Shown here: in pieces, positions 11,253 to 20,899 of the stretch
Position numbering within the stretch: the first letter of the stretch is position 1
Layout: the number at the start of each line of letters is the position of its first letter
DNA from: Sumerlaeia bacterium
GTDB lineage: Bacteria > Sumerlaeota > Sumerlaeia > SLMS01 > JAHLLQ01
Assembly: GCA_040219255.1 (NCBI GenBank)
Contig: JAVJSW010000060.1
Location: forward strand, 268,582-332,581
Length of the DNA: 64,000 bases
Reading direction: 5' to 3'
Position numbers and translations under genes: made by a program
Notes under the pieces: generated by a model
The model's input: only the letters and a program-made list of their open reading frames with translations
Database searches by the model: none
Told to the model about the DNA's origin: nothing

Positions 11253-12019
11253 CTCTTTCCGAAAACGTCCATGACCTTTTGCATGTCCTCCCAGACGACG
11301 CGCTTCTTGCGGGGGTCGCGCAGGAGGTAGGCGGGGTGGTAGGTGGGCATGACGGGGATGCCGCGCCATTCCATCCAGGTGCCGCGCGCGCGCGTCATGC
11401 TGAGCCGGGCGTGTTCGGGCATGAGGCCGACGAGGGCGGTCTTGCCGAGGGTGACGATGACCCGGGGCCGAACGATGGCGAGCTGCTCCTCAAGGTAGGG
11501 CAGGCACATGGCCATTTCGTCGGGTTCGGGCTGGCGGTTGCTGGGCGGGCGGCATTTGACGACGTTGCCGATGAAGACGTCTTCGCGCTGGAATTTCATG
11601 GCGGCGATGATTTTGTCGAGCAGTTCGCCGGCGCGGCCGACGAAGGGGCGGCCGGTGGCGTCTTCGTTGGCGCCGGGGCCTTCGCCCACAATGGCGAGTT
11701 CGGCGGCGGGGTTGCCTTCGCCGGGCACGGTCTGGGTGCGGCTGTGGCAGAGGCGGCACATGGTGCAGGCGGCGATGCGCTCGGCGGCGAGGCGGTCGAG
11801 CGCATCGCGGCGCTCGGCCAGGGGCATGCCCTCTCCGTGGACGAGAGCGGGACCGTGATCCGCGGACGGTGCGGCCTCGTGGTCGAAAAGATCCACGCCT
11901 GGCTCGTCCGCGGGCGATTCGGCGGCCTCGGCGGTTTCGATGCCTTCGAGAAACCCGAATCCGAGCGATCGGTACAAGGCCAGTTGGTGCTTGAGAGGGT
12001 CGGGCGTGGGGCGTTGCAT
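11249..12019 (-). CDS. Uracil-DNA glycosylase family 4
   Basis: CTMCRL, GEGPG...GRPFVGRAG, NVVKCRPP, TYHPAYLLR. Confidence 0.95.
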   Translation of the reverse strand: MQRPTPDPLKHQLALYRSLGFGFLEGIETAEAAESPADEPGVDLFDHEAAPSADHGPALVHGEGMPLAERRDALDRLAAERIAACTMCRLCHSRTQTVPGEGNPAAELAIVGEGPGANEDATGRPFVGRAGELLDKIIAAMKFQREDVFIGNVVKCRPPSNRQPEPDEMAMCLPYLEEQLAIVRPRVIVTLGKTALVGLMPEHARLSMTRARGTWMEWRGIPVMPTYHPAYLLRDPRKKRVVWEDMQKVMDVFGKR

Positions 12020-12238
12020 GGGCGGAGGAGACCTCGAGGGATCGGTCGGGGGGGGCGCTCGGGCGCGATGACGGGATGACGGTAGGGGGGAAGGCCGGGG
12101 GATGCAACGGCTACGCCAGTCTGGCGGAAGAGAATGTTGACATCCGCGCCGGTCGAACCCACCGTTGATTCAGGTCGTCCCTCCGCCTGTCCCTCTGGGG
12201 TGCGCGGGTGGCGGGCCGCGATGGAGGGATCGTTGGCA

Positions 12239-12267
12239 TTGACAGCCTGGTCCATCGACCGCAAAAT
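12239..12267 (+). promoter_or_regulatory. Putative sigma70 promoter of the pseudopilin cluster
   Basis: TTGACA-17nt-CAAAAT. Confidence 0.55.
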
Positions 12268-12279
12268 GAAACTTCATCG

Positions 12280-12849
12280 GTGAAGTACCGGCTATTTTCA
12301 GGAAGTGCCCAGCTCTTGCCCAGGTTCTCTCGACTCAACCATCGACGCGTTCGCGCCTTCTCCCTGGCGGAGATCATGGTGGTGGTGGCGATTCTGGCGG
12401 TTGGGTCGACGATCGCGCTTTACAGCTATTCCAGCTATCGGCGCACCCTGTCGGTCAATTCCACCGGGCGCAAGGCGCAGGCGATGATGGTCACGGCGAA
12501 AAACCTGGCGATCAACTCCGGGCGGCCCGTCCAGATGGTGGTCAATCTGGACAAGGAAACCTTCTGGATCGACGGTCTCGACCGGAACGGCAACCTGGAC
12601 AAGCCGAAGATTTATCCGGAAGAGCAGGCCGCGGAGTTCGTTCTGATCGAGCGGCTGAGGGTCGGACCCGACGTTTTCGATTCGGGCATTCACAGCATTC
12701 TGTTCGAGCCCGACGGCCGCAATCGCTTCGTGGTGGTGACGTTCCGCCGCGAATTCGACGATGCGACGGTGGCGGAGAACTACACTTCCATTCGCCTTTT
12801 CCCTTCGTCCCGCGAGCCCCAATTCCTGGAACGCACTCGCCTGGAGTAA
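12280..12849 (+). CDS. GspH/FimT-like minor pseudopilin
   Basis: RA|FSLAEIMVVVAIL prepilin motif; AKNLAINSGRPV and FEPDG resemble GspH/FimT; start codon uncertain. Confidence 0.75.
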   Translation: MKYRLFSGSAQLLPRFSRLNHRRVRAFSLAEIMVVVAILAVGSTIALYSYSSYRRTLSVNSTGRKAQAMMVTAKNLAINSGRPVQMVVNLDKETFWIDGLDRNGNLDKPKIYPEEQAAEFVLIERLRVGPDVFDSGIHSILFEPDGRNRFVVVTFRREFDDATVAENYTSIRLFPSSREPQFLERTRLE

Positions 12850-12856
12850 CCCCGCC

Positions 12857-13312
12857 ATGCGCCAGTCCGCCGTTCGCCGCGGCTTCACCCTTGTCGAGGT
12901 CCTGGTGGCCCTAGCGATCCTGCTGACGGGCATCGTGGCCATCGTTCAGCTCTTTCCCGTCAGCCTGCGAGCCAACACGGACGCGGCGCTGAAGGGCTCG
13001 GCGGTGATTCTCGCCTACCAGAAAGTCGAAGAAATGCGCCGCGACGAGTACCCGCTGCGCAGCGACAGCTTCACCGCCACGGTCCGGAATCTGGAAGGGG
13101 AAACGGACCCGGTGGCCTGGCCGGAAGATCCGCGGCTGACCTATTCCTACTCCGGGTTGAGCGCCGTCCTTGGCGACTTGCCGGAGGACCCCGGCGACCC
13201 GCGCACGGGGCGCGGCGTGGCCCGCGTGATCGTGCGCCTCAGCGAGAGCTTCGACCCGCAAACGCCGGTGATCTACGAACTGCGGTTCTACGGCGATCCG
13301 CTGGCCCCCTAG
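12857..13312 (+). CDS. GspI/PilV-like minor pseudopilin
   Basis: RRG|FTLVEVLVALAIL; AVILAYQKVEEMR. Confidence 0.8.
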   Translation: MRQSAVRRGFTLVEVLVALAILLTGIVAIVQLFPVSLRANTDAALKGSAVILAYQKVEEMRRDEYPLRSDSFTATVRNLEGETDPVAWPEDPRLTYSYSGLSAVLGDLPEDPGDPRTGRGVARVIVRLSESFDPQTPVIYELRFYGDPLAP

Positions 13313-13393
13313 CCGGCTTTGGCCTTCCTCTCTTTCTTTAGGACAAAATCGCAGGTGCCAATTTCTTCCGGTTGCCCCACACTTCCGGCAGTG

Positions 13394-13409
13394 TGGAATG
13401 TCCCTTGCA
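13394..13409 (+). promoter_or_regulatory. Putative sigma54 promoter upstream of the GspJ-like gene
   Basis: TGGAATG-TCCC-TTGCA, GG/GC spacing matches -24/-12. Confidence 0.45.
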
Positions 13410-13455
13410 CATTTCGCCACGGAACCTCGATTTCTCCGGTACGGACCCCGCGCCG

Positions 13456-14547
13456 ATGACGCAACGCTCCCCGAAAATCCGCCCCCGCACGCCGCTCGAG
13501 AGCCGGCGGCGGCGCTCTCGCGCCTTGAGCCTGACGGAGTTGATGGTGGCGATGACGGTGACCCTGGTCTTCACAGGGAGCGTCGTGACCGCTTTCCTGC
13601 AGATTTCCCGCGCCGCCGATGCCTCCGAGGCGCAAATCCGCGCCCATACGCGGGCCCGGGCGGCCCTCGATATCATCGCCCGCGACTTGCAGCGCGTCGC
13701 CTTCGACGTCAACCTCGACAACTCCATGCCCTCTCCCCAGCCCCAGGTCTTCAAAGTTCAGAGTCAAACCCTGGGCCACGGGGATTTGCGCGACAACGAT
13801 GGCGACGGACAGGTGGACGAGGAAGTGGTCAACGGTCTGGACGAAGACTGCGACTGGGTGGATACGCACGCCGAAGCGGATCCGGGAGGCGGATCGCCGC
13901 CCCTGATCGAGCGCGCCGCCTACACCGTCATCCCCGACTTGGGCGACGTCGCAGTGGACGAGGACAATCGTTTCTCGCGCGACATCCTCACGCTTCGCCT
14001 CCCCTCGGTGCGCACCAATGAGTTGGGCGAACCCTTGACGGAGCAAATCACTTACCGCCTCGACGACAGCGCGAGCTTTGGCAGCGAATGGGTGCTGCTC
14101 CGCCAGAACGTCATCATCAACGAAGTGACCATGGAGTCGGAAGTCGAAATCGAACCGGTCGTGTTCGACGTGGTGAGCCTGGACATTCTGCCGTGGAACG
14201 CGAACGACGATGTTACGAGCAACATCCTGACGGCGTGCGCGGCGCCTTCCCAGTACGGACCTTACTACGTGTCCGATTTCGATTCCGGCGATTATTTCAA
14301 CAACCCGGCGCGCCGACCGTTCTATGCGCCGGCCGGCATTCCTCCGTTTCCGTTTCCCGCGGCCGTTTACGTGCGCGTCACGGTGAACGCGGAGCCCATC
14401 CCGCTGGAGGAGTTTTCCGGCTGGCGCCCCGGCGATACCGCTTTGGATCGCACGCCGCTGAAGACGCTGAGCCTGGGGATGGTGGTGACGCTGGACGAGA
14501 CGGTGAGCCAAACGAATTACCGCGATTACGGAATGCCAAGGATGTGA
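13456..14547 (+). CDS. GspJ/PilW-like minor pseudopilin
   Basis: RA|LSLTELMVAM; ARAALDIIARDL; internal DNDGDGQVDEE Ca-binding-like motif. Confidence 0.75.
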   Translation: MTQRSPKIRPRTPLESRRRRSRALSLTELMVAMTVTLVFTGSVVTAFLQISRAADASEAQIRAHTRARAALDIIARDLQRVAFDVNLDNSMPSPQPQVFKVQSQTLGHGDLRDNDGDGQVDEEVVNGLDEDCDWVDTHAEADPGGGSPPLIERAAYTVIPDLGDVAVDEDNRFSRDILTLRLPSVRTNELGEPLTEQITYRLDDSASFGSEWVLLRQNVIINEVTMESEVEIEPVVFDVVSLDILPWNANDDVTSNILTACAAPSQYGPYYVSDFDSGDYFNNPARRPFYAPAGIPPFPFPAAVYVRVTVNAEPIPLEEFSGWRPGDTALDRTPLKTLSLGMVVTLDETVSQTNYRDYGMPRM

Positions 14548-14639
14548 CGCCTCGTCTTTCCTGACCTAAAGTTGACTTTTCGGTGGCCACGGTGCCCGAA
14601 CCCGCGAATTTTCCCCCCAGGACGGACTCCTGAATTGCT

Positions 14640-17195
14640 ATGGCGAACATGATGCGCCCCACCAGACAAGGCAGGATCGGCGGCCCCGCGAACCGGGGAT
14701 CGGCGATTCTTTTGGTGATCGCCATCCTTTCTATCCTGGTGCTTCTGGCCATCACGCTGTCGTTCACGAGCCGGCTGGAAGTGGCCTCGGCGGAGAACTT
14801 CGCCAATGGCGTCCAGAACCGCGTGGCCACGGAAACCGGCGTGGAGGAAGTGGCCTTCGCCCTGGCGTATCAACTTCCCAGCGGCCCGACGGGAAAGCTC
14901 GATCTGGCTCTGAGTTCCGAGCACCGCGGGCAACGCGAGCGCGCCATCGCGAGCGAATCGCTGGCATGGCGGGGCTTCCGCCTGACGCCCGCCACTCTCT
15001 CGCAACCGGCGGTCACCGCCGCCGCAACGCAGCAGACTTCAAACCGCAGCCTGCGAACCAACGCCTCCGGCGCCCTGATCCCCTATCACGAAACGGAAAA
15101 CTCCGAGGTGGTGGTGCTCGACGCCTCCGCCCGGGTTAACGTCAACGCCGCGCCTTACGAAGTGCTGGCCGGATTTTTCGACGCCCACGGGGCCGAATCG
15201 GGCCACGCGGTGGACGCCGACGCGCTGGCCCGGGCCATCGTGGCGGTGCGCCTGGGGCCCGACGGGGCGCCGGGCAAGAAGGACTTCGACGACGATTACG
15301 ACACGCGCGAGGGCCTGGCCGAATTGCTGCGCGAGGAAAACCCGGAACTGGCCGGCCGCCTGGACCTGCTTCTGCCAGAACTTCTGCAGTCCATCCGCGA
15401 ACCTTACGGGGACCTGCCGGAGGGCGAGGAGGAATGGCGCGCCGCGGCCCGCAAGGCCTTGATGACCAACACGGACGAGAGCGACGAGTACGTGGCGGAC
15501 CTTCGGCTGCCGCCCCTGGGCGACGACATCCGCTTCGGCAAGCTGTCGGACCTGCTGCGCTACGAGCTTATTCGCGACGCCGGCCTGACGCCGGAACTGC
15601 TGGAAAGCGCCCGGCCCTACCTGACGGTCTTCAGCGCGAGCGAGGACGATCTGCTGCGCGCTGACGCCATCGCCCGGGTGGACGCGAATCGCGCCACGGC
15701 GGAGGAAATCCGCGACGGCCTGCGGACGCTCTACGGCGACTCGGGCAAGAACGGCGTCCTCCTGACCCAATTCGCCGCCAATGTGGCCGACGCCCGGGAC
15801 TTCGACAGCGTGCCGACGATCTTCCACGGCTCGACGCGCGAGGACACCGTTCTCGGCTTCGAACGCACGCCCTATATCACGGAAGTTTATCCCGATTCCC
15901 TGACCGACGACGGGGAAGGCGACGACGGCCAGTTCGTGGAACTGTACAATCCCTGGACGGAACCTTTCGACCTGACTGGTTGGTCGCTGCGCGGCGCCGG
16001 GACGGCGTTCGCCATCACCGGTTCGATCGCGCCGAAGGGCTACCTGATCCTGACCGATGACCTGGACAGCACGTCCGACGACTCCGAGGACCTGATCGAG
16101 GGCACCGGCAGCCTGTACCACGTTTTCGGCGTGGTGGCCAACGGCCGCCAGCGGCGCGCTCTGGAAAGCGCCGGTTTCGCCCTGCCGCACACAACCTCCG
16201 GGCCGGTGACGGTGGAGCTGGTGAACGCGGACGGGGACCTGGTGGATCAGTTCACCTACCGCCCCGGCGCGCGTCCGACGGAAGGCATCTACTCGTTCCA
16301 ACGGACAAACCCGCTGGTGCGCTCGGTGGAACGCCTGCGCGCGACGCCTTTCGGTCTGCCGGCGGCGGAATTGCCCGATGATCCGGACACCTTCGACCGG
16401 TTGGCGCTGGCGCCGATGAATGGGCCCTTTGCCGATGTGACGGATGTCCTGATGGTTTTCGCCGGGTTCCACGACGCGGACTCGGGCGAGGAAAACCTGT
16501 GGGGCTATCCGGTGCTGGCCACGCCCAAGAGCCCGCGGCCGGACGACGCGCTGGCGGCGGCGGACCCGCTGGCGATCGATGCCCGCGTGGTGGATCTGCT
16601 GACCGTGGGCACGACCCCGCCGGCGATCAAGGCGAAGCGCACCTCGCGCAACGAGCAGGTGGCGTCGCTCTTCGCGGCGGACACGCGCCAGGACATCGCG
16701 GCGAGTTACAGCCGCGGCGATGTGGACGATCTGGCGGTGCAGCGCCTGACGGGTGTGGCTCTGGGCCGGGCGGTGACGGCAAACGTGCGGCACGGTCTGA
16801 TCAATGTGAACACGGCGCCGGAGACGGTGCTGGCCGCGGTGCCGGGCTTCGGCGCGCGGACGGCGGCGGTTCTGGCGGAGCGGCGCGGCCGCGAGGAATC
16901 GCAGGCCCGGGCCGGCGGCCTGGGCGATGGCCTGCTGTACCATCGGCTGAGCGATCTCCTGGTGGACGACGCGCTCTACGGCGGGGGCCAAGGGGTCTCG
17001 CGCGAGGAGCGGCTGGCCCGCTTCCGGTCGATCGCGCCCTACGTAGCCTTCAATTCGCGATCCTTTGTGCTTGTCGGACAGCCCAAGCTGGCGACAGAGT
17101 CGGGGCAGGACTTGCAGGAAGCTTTGCGGACGGAGTGGCTGGTTGCGACGGACCGGGGAACGCCCGAGACGATCGCCCGCCGGCCGGCCCGCTGA
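14640..17195 (+). CDS. Large GspK-like pseudopilin with lamin-tail-like domain and HhH motif
   Basis: RG|SAILLVIAIL without Glu5 (K-type); DASARVNVNAA, GLINVNTAPETVLAAVPGFG; ITEVYPD...QFVELYNP...DLTGWSL lamin-tail-like segment. Confidence 0.8.
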   Translation: MANMMRPTRQGRIGGPANRGSAILLVIAILSILVLLAITLSFTSRLEVASAENFANGVQNRVATETGVEEVAFALAYQLPSGPTGKLDLALSSEHRGQRERAIASESLAWRGFRLTPATLSQPAVTAAATQQTSNRSLRTNASGALIPYHETENSEVVVLDASARVNVNAAPYEVLAGFFDAHGAESGHAVDADALARAIVAVRLGPDGAPGKKDFDDDYDTREGLAELLREENPELAGRLDLLLPELLQSIREPYGDLPEGEEEWRAAARKALMTNTDESDEYVADLRLPPLGDDIRFGKLSDLLRYELIRDAGLTPELLESARPYLTVFSASEDDLLRADAIARVDANRATAEEIRDGLRTLYGDSGKNGVLLTQFAANVADARDFDSVPTIFHGSTREDTVLGFERTPYITEVYPDSLTDDGEGDDGQFVELYNPWTEPFDLTGWSLRGAGTAFAITGSIAPKGYLILTDDLDSTSDDSEDLIEGTGSLYHVFGVVANGRQRRALESAGFALPHTTSGPVTVELVNADGDLVDQFTYRPGARPTEGIYSFQRTNPLVRSVERLRATPFGLPAAELPDDPDTFDRLALAPMNGPFADVTDVLMVFAGFHDADSGEENLWGYPVLATPKSPRPDDALAAADPLAIDARVVDLLTVGTTPPAIKAKRTSRNEQVASLFAADTRQDIAASYSRGDVDDLAVQRLTGVALGRAVTANVRHGLINVNTAPETVLAAVPGFGARTAAVLAERRGREESQARAGGLGDGLLYHRLSDLLVDDALYGGGQGVSREERLARFRSIAPYVAFNSRSFVLVGQPKLATESGQDLQEALRTEWLVATDRGTPETIARRPAR

Positions 17196-17323
17196 ACCGG
17201 GTTGCGAGAATGGCGGCGGCGCGCACGGAGTTGACACCGGGCCGCCTCCGCCCCACCTTTTGTAAGACTGGAGGGTTTGAGCCCCCAAGCCCAAACCCGA
17301 ATCCGAAGAGGAGCACGACCTCC

Positions 17324-18244
17324 ATGGCAATCCCAGGAATGACGAGACGAACACGGCAGCGCGCTTTCACCCTGGTGGAACTCGTGATCGTGGGCGCCCT
17401 CATCGCCCTGTTCTCCGGGCTGGCCATCTTCGGCGTTCAGCAGCAGTTCCGCTCGAACACGCGCAAGGCCATGATCGGCGAAACCCGCCAATTGGCCCAG
17501 GCGCTCGATTTCGCCTTTCAGGATGTGGGCTTCTTTCCAGTACCTTGCTTCCTGGACGACAGCCGGACAACCTTCGAACTCAGCAGCCAGCAGGTCTTCG
17601 CTGGCGATCCCAACCGCCTGTACTTGAACATGGGTGTGTATGACATCCTGCCGCTCAACCAGATCGCCAACGTTCGCGAGAACTGGCGGGGGGCGTATTT
17701 CTCCGCGTCGCAATCCCGCAGCGCGGTGGCTCAGGGCCGGGGCGGTTCGAAGAAGATGGTTCTGCCGCTGGTGTCTCCCGATTTCGCCTTCGATTGGCCG
17801 GCGGACACCTACAACAATCCGTACATGATCTACATGCTGGACATCGATCCGGCGAGTACCGCCACGAACCCGACACTGCGGTTCACGGAGAACAGCACGC
17901 AGAACACGGGCAATTACGTCAATGCCGTCGTGAGCTACGGTCTGAACCAGGTGCCCGGTGGCGGCGATCTGTTCCAGGCGACAGGCAATTTCGACGACAT
18001 CGCCGATGGTGGCCCCTATGGCCTGCGGCTCTACACCGGCAATCCGAACAACACGGAACTGCCGCTGACTTATCTTTCGCCGGCGACGCTGACGCAATCG
18101 GCGGCGGATGCCCGGGCGAACGCCTGGACAACGGAATTCGCCCAGAACGCGGGGATCATCAATCGCCTCGCTCTGAACAACGATCTCAATGACCAAGTCG
18201 CCATCACCGATTCCGGTTCGGACGATGTGGTTTTCAGCTTCTAA
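17324..18244 (+). CDS. Enlarged GspG-type pseudopilin paralog 1
   Basis: RA|FTLVELVIV; WRGAY, ADTYNNPY, SYGLN, SDDVVFSF; GAGGAG RBS. Confidence 0.8.
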   Translation: MAIPGMTRRTRQRAFTLVELVIVGALIALFSGLAIFGVQQQFRSNTRKAMIGETRQLAQALDFAFQDVGFFPVPCFLDDSRTTFELSSQQVFAGDPNRLYLNMGVYDILPLNQIANVRENWRGAYFSASQSRSAVAQGRGGSKKMVLPLVSPDFAFDWPADTYNNPYMIYMLDIDPASTATNPTLRFTENSTQNTGNYVNAVVSYGLNQVPGGGDLFQATGNFDDIADGGPYGLRLYTGNPNNTELPLTYLSPATLTQSAADARANAWTTEFAQNAGIINRLALNNDLNDQVAITDSGSDDVVFSF

Positions 18245-18309
18245 CGTTTTTTCTCCGCTTGATGACGAGTTTTTCGAATAAGGGACCCCGATCCGTGATA
18301 CGCGTACCG

Positions 18310-19044
18310 ATGACAACGACCCGATCCCGCCGCCGCGCGTTCACCGCCGTGGAAATCGCCATGGTGGCGTCCGTGATCGCGATTATCGCGCTCCTCATTC
18401 TGCCGCTTTACCGCTCGCGTACGACGGAAGCGCGCCTTGTGGGGGCGCAGGATGAAATGGCCTCCCTGGCCAAGGCGATGCTGCTGGTGGAGGCGGACAT
18501 CGCCCGCGCGGTGCCGCTGCAGGCGCTCGACAACCGTTCGAGCCAGACGACCGGCGAGCCGCTGGCGGACATCCCCTACAGCGAACGCGCCCCGGAGTAT
18601 ACCTGGAACGGTCTGGAACTCGAAGAGAGCGCCATCGACCGTCAGTGGAAGGGCCCCTACATCTCCTACAACAAGTCCACGACGATGGGGGAAATCCGGT
18701 CGCTCCAGCCCTGGCTGGTCGTGGAAAACGGCGGGCCCCTGTATTACGAGGACCCGATCAGCCCGCCGGCCGGTTCGACCAACAACGCGGCGGACGCGCT
18801 GGCGGACCGCTTCCCGCTCGATCCCTTCGGCAACCCCTACATTTTCTTCAGCACCGGAATCTATCCGCACCCAAGCGCCTTCGCCAGCTCGATCTACAAC
18901 TCGCCGTACAATCAGGTCTGGTCCCTGGGGCCCGATGGCTTGCCGGGCGACGCGCCGACCTTTGGCAGCGCCGGCGACTATTACCCGACGCCGATCGGCC
19001 GCCTGAGCGAGACGGTGGGCGACGACATCCGCTACCGGTTCTAA
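18310..19044 (+). CDS. Enlarged GspG-type pseudopilin paralog 2
   Basis: RA|FTAVEIAMV; WKGPY, DPFGNPY, WSLGPDG, GDDI. Confidence 0.85.
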   Translation: MTTTRSRRRAFTAVEIAMVASVIAIIALLILPLYRSRTTEARLVGAQDEMASLAKAMLLVEADIARAVPLQALDNRSSQTTGEPLADIPYSERAPEYTWNGLELEESAIDRQWKGPYISYNKSTTMGEIRSLQPWLVVENGGPLYYEDPISPPAGSTNNAADALADRFPLDPFGNPYIFFSTGIYPHPSAFASSIYNSPYNQVWSLGPDGLPGDAPTFGSAGDYYPTPIGRLSETVGDDIRYRF

Positions 19045-19140
19045 GGCGGCAACGTTGCGCCCGCACCCGACGGATTCACCCTGAACACGCACGACGCCGA
19101 GGAAAGGCTTCTTCCCCCACTCATTCACGGGACGACCACG

Positions 19141-19923
19141 ATGAAACGAACCGCTTCTCATAAAGGCTTCTCGATCCTCGAGCTGCTGATCGCTCTGATT
19201 ATCATCGGCATCCTGGCCGTGATCCTCATCCCGTTGGTTTCGAACCGGACGGAGGAGGCGCGCCGCACCGCCGCCCTCGCCGATCTGGAACGGCTGGCCA
19301 ACGCGCAGGACCGGCTGGCGGTGGATATCGGGTACTACGGACGCCTGTTTTTTCTCAACGATGTTGGCAACCGCGCGAACGCCCAGCAGTTCCAGCGCGA
19401 TTTCGATCCGGCCGATGGCACGGTGGATAGCATCAGTTCTTACTTCGGTCCGGGGTCGAACTACTTCGGCAACATCAACCAGATCTTCATCGATCCAAAC
19501 ACGGGCAACCTGGTCGCCGCGGTGGTGGGATCGACGCTTCTCGGCAACATCAACGTGAACGAAACGGCGCTCAATTTCTACGGGCCGTACGTGAACTGGA
19601 ACCGGGACGAGAACAGCTACTCGCAGTCTCCGTTCGACGGCGGCGAAGGCACCGCGTACCTGCCGGACGGCATTCCGGACGATCCGTGGGGCAACAACTA
19701 CGTGATCTTCACGCGGGCTGGGATGCTGCTGGAACCGGCGGGCATTTTCACCACCAGCGCCAGTTTCCCGCTCGGCCTGGGCGGCGTGACGGTCAGCAAT
19801 CTGGACGAGGCCTTCGACCGGGCGACGCTGGTGAGCTTCGGCCCCGACGGACTGCCGGGAGACGGAGCGGGGACGCCGATCCCCGGAGAAGGCGACGACA
19901 TTGTCCGGAACTTCGGGCAGTAA
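19141..19923 (+). CDS. Enlarged GspG-type pseudopilin paralog 3
   Basis: KG|FSILELLIA; FYGPY, DPWGNNY, SFGPDG, GDDI. Confidence 0.85.
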   Translation: MKRTASHKGFSILELLIALIIIGILAVILIPLVSNRTEEARRTAALADLERLANAQDRLAVDIGYYGRLFFLNDVGNRANAQQFQRDFDPADGTVDSISSYFGPGSNYFGNINQIFIDPNTGNLVAAVVGSTLLGNINVNETALNFYGPYVNWNRDENSYSQSPFDGGEGTAYLPDGIPDDPWGNNYVIFTRAGMLLEPAGIFTTSASFPLGLGGVTVSNLDEAFDRATLVSFGPDGLPGDGAGTPIPGEGDDIVRNFGQ

Positions 19924-19960
19924 GATTTTCCGCACACTTGAAAAACCCGGTGATGCCATG

Positions 19961-19990
19961 TTGACGCGCCGGGCTTAGGATCACCACACT
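19961..19990 (+). promoter_or_regulatory. Putative sigma70 promoter upstream of GspG paralog 4
   Basis: TTGACG-18nt-CACACT in intergenic DNA. Confidence 0.4.
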
Positions 19991-20050
19991 TCATAGGACA
20001 ACGATCAGTTCCGACGGTTTCCCCAGTTTTTCGGAGGTTGGCACCATACA

Positions 20051-20848
20051 ATGAACCGTTTCTTCAAATCCCAGCGCAAAGGACTTTTCCTGCGCGCCAC
20101 TACCCTAACGGAGCTTTTGGTCGTTTTGGCGATCATTTCGCTCCTGGCGACACTGGCCGTGCCGGTGTACGTACAAAAGAGCGAGCAGGCCCGCCGGGCC
20201 GTCGCCCGCGCCGAAGTGCGCGAAATCGCCAATGCGGAAGAAGCCGTGATCATCACGCACGGTTTCGTGGTTCCGATGCACGTCCTCGACAACGTGCCGA
20301 ACCTTGACAACGGCGGCACAGACGTTCGCGACGATTTCGAGAACGACTCGAACGACGGCACGAAATTCGTCATCGATCCCTTCATCCCGCTCGACGACCA
20401 GTTCGGCAGCCAGCAGACGCTCTCCTCGAGCGACGACAAGGTGGAGCGGATGATCGCTTTCTGGCAGGGTCCGTTCCTGAATCCGGGCCGCGTTTTCCAG
20501 GGCACCAGCGGCGACAACAACACCGTCAACGCGAACCAGGAAGACATCTCGACGGATATCCTGCTGGATCCGTGGGGCCGTCCCTATCGCCTTTACAGCG
20601 ACCTGGGTCTGACCGGCGACGAGCCGGCTCCGTCGGCCATCAGCCAGATCGCGCTGACGACCAACAGCCGCGCCCGCAACTTCGACAATGGCCGTCTGAC
20701 GAACGACGACGACCGTTTCGACCGCTTTGCGGTGCTCTCCTACGGCTCGAATGGCATCGCGGACGATGGCGTGGGCGGCGACCTGGACGACGACATCTTC
20801 TACACCTTTGGCACGGTGGTGAACGAAACGTCGTTCAACCTGTTCTAA
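20051..20848 (+). CDS. Enlarged GspG-type pseudopilin paralog 4
   Basis: RA|TTLTELLVV; WQGPF, DPWGRPY, SYGSNG, DDDI. Confidence 0.85.
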   Translation: MNRFFKSQRKGLFLRATTLTELLVVLAIISLLATLAVPVYVQKSEQARRAVARAEVREIANAEEAVIITHGFVVPMHVLDNVPNLDNGGTDVRDDFENDSNDGTKFVIDPFIPLDDQFGSQQTLSSSDDKVERMIAFWQGPFLNPGRVFQGTSGDNNTVNANQEDISTDILLDPWGRPYRLYSDLGLTGDEPAPSAISQIALTTNSRARNFDNGRLTNDDDRFDRFAVLSYGSNGIADDGVGGDLDDDIFYTFGTVVNETSFNLF

Positions 20849-20899
20849 CCGGTCTCTCCTCGTCACTCTCCGCACCCTCTACCCCTGGACGGTCCTTTC

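Noticed and set aside
16499-17323. Long N-terminal extension of ORF 16499-18244
   Set aside because: Overlaps the GspK-like gene; RBS and prepilin leader point to a start at 17324
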